A DNA stretch of 64,000 nt from Chrysomallon squamiferum (Eukaryota; Animalia; Mollusca): assembly GCA_012295275.1 (NCBI GenBank), contig CM022679.1, positions 1,612,001-1,676,000 of the forward strand, in the 5' to 3' direction. The position numbers and the translations under genes were made by a program. The notes under the pieces were generated by a model, which saw only the letters and a list, made by a program, of their open reading frames with translations, did not search any database and was not told the DNA's origin. The first letter of the stretch is position 1. Each line of letters begins with the position of its first letter. Positions 63,640 through 64,000 of this stretch are shown piece after piece.

Positions 63640-64000
63640 TCTCGAAAATCATCATTCTCACATATTTTCTCTTCCTTGTACATTCTCAGTTACTTTCTCA
63701 TAAATGATCGTTCTCACCCTTGTTTTCTCTTCCTTTCACATTCTCAGTTACTTTCTCTTGAGTCAACATTCTCAGAATGATTTTCTTTTATATCAACATT
63801 CTCAATCTGACTATCTCAAGTATCAGCTTTCTCAGTGTGACTTTCTTTTCTATCTACATTTTCAGTCTGACTTTATCTTGTATCAACATTCTCAGACTGT
63901 CTTTGTATTACATTCTCAGTCTGACTTTGACTTTCTCTTGCATCTGAATTCTCAGCCTTTCTCTTATATGAACATTCTCAGTCTTCTTTTGTTTCAATAT
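63640..64000. repeat. Degenerate ~30-bp pyrimidine-rich repeat (acattctcagt-ctgacttt)
   Basis: 'cattctcag' recurs about 10 times up to the window end. Confidence 0.65.

Overview
AT-rich, intron-rich animal genomic DNA with many micro- and minisatellites. It is probably a mollusc or other lophotrochozoan (inferred from SINE-like fragments and gene style) and is not prokaryotic. I spliced four genes by hand. (1) TRAF7 on the minus strand (RING, zinc finger, coiled coil, WD40): 18 coding exons at 9558-23202, with the 3' end apparently outside the window and one WD40 exon carrying an apparent 46-bp frameshifting deletion. (2) A three-exon gene for a secreted 83-aa neuropeptide-like precursor ending in GKRR-stop (938-8849, +), absent from the ORF track and apparently nested antisense inside a TRAF7 intron. 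(3) A complete 14-exon eIF3d (24038-31734, +), head-to-head with TRAF7. (4) An adhesion GPCR (36461-59588, +; Ig, HRM, GAIN/GPS, 7TM) whose two-Ig module is tandemly triplicated. Copy 1 holds a 2.66-kb internally deleted Academ (XPG-type) DNA transposon, with empty sites in copies 2 and 3. Several minisatellites are amplified copies of the exon-intron junctions they sit beside. All exon coordinates were read manually and may be off by a base or two.
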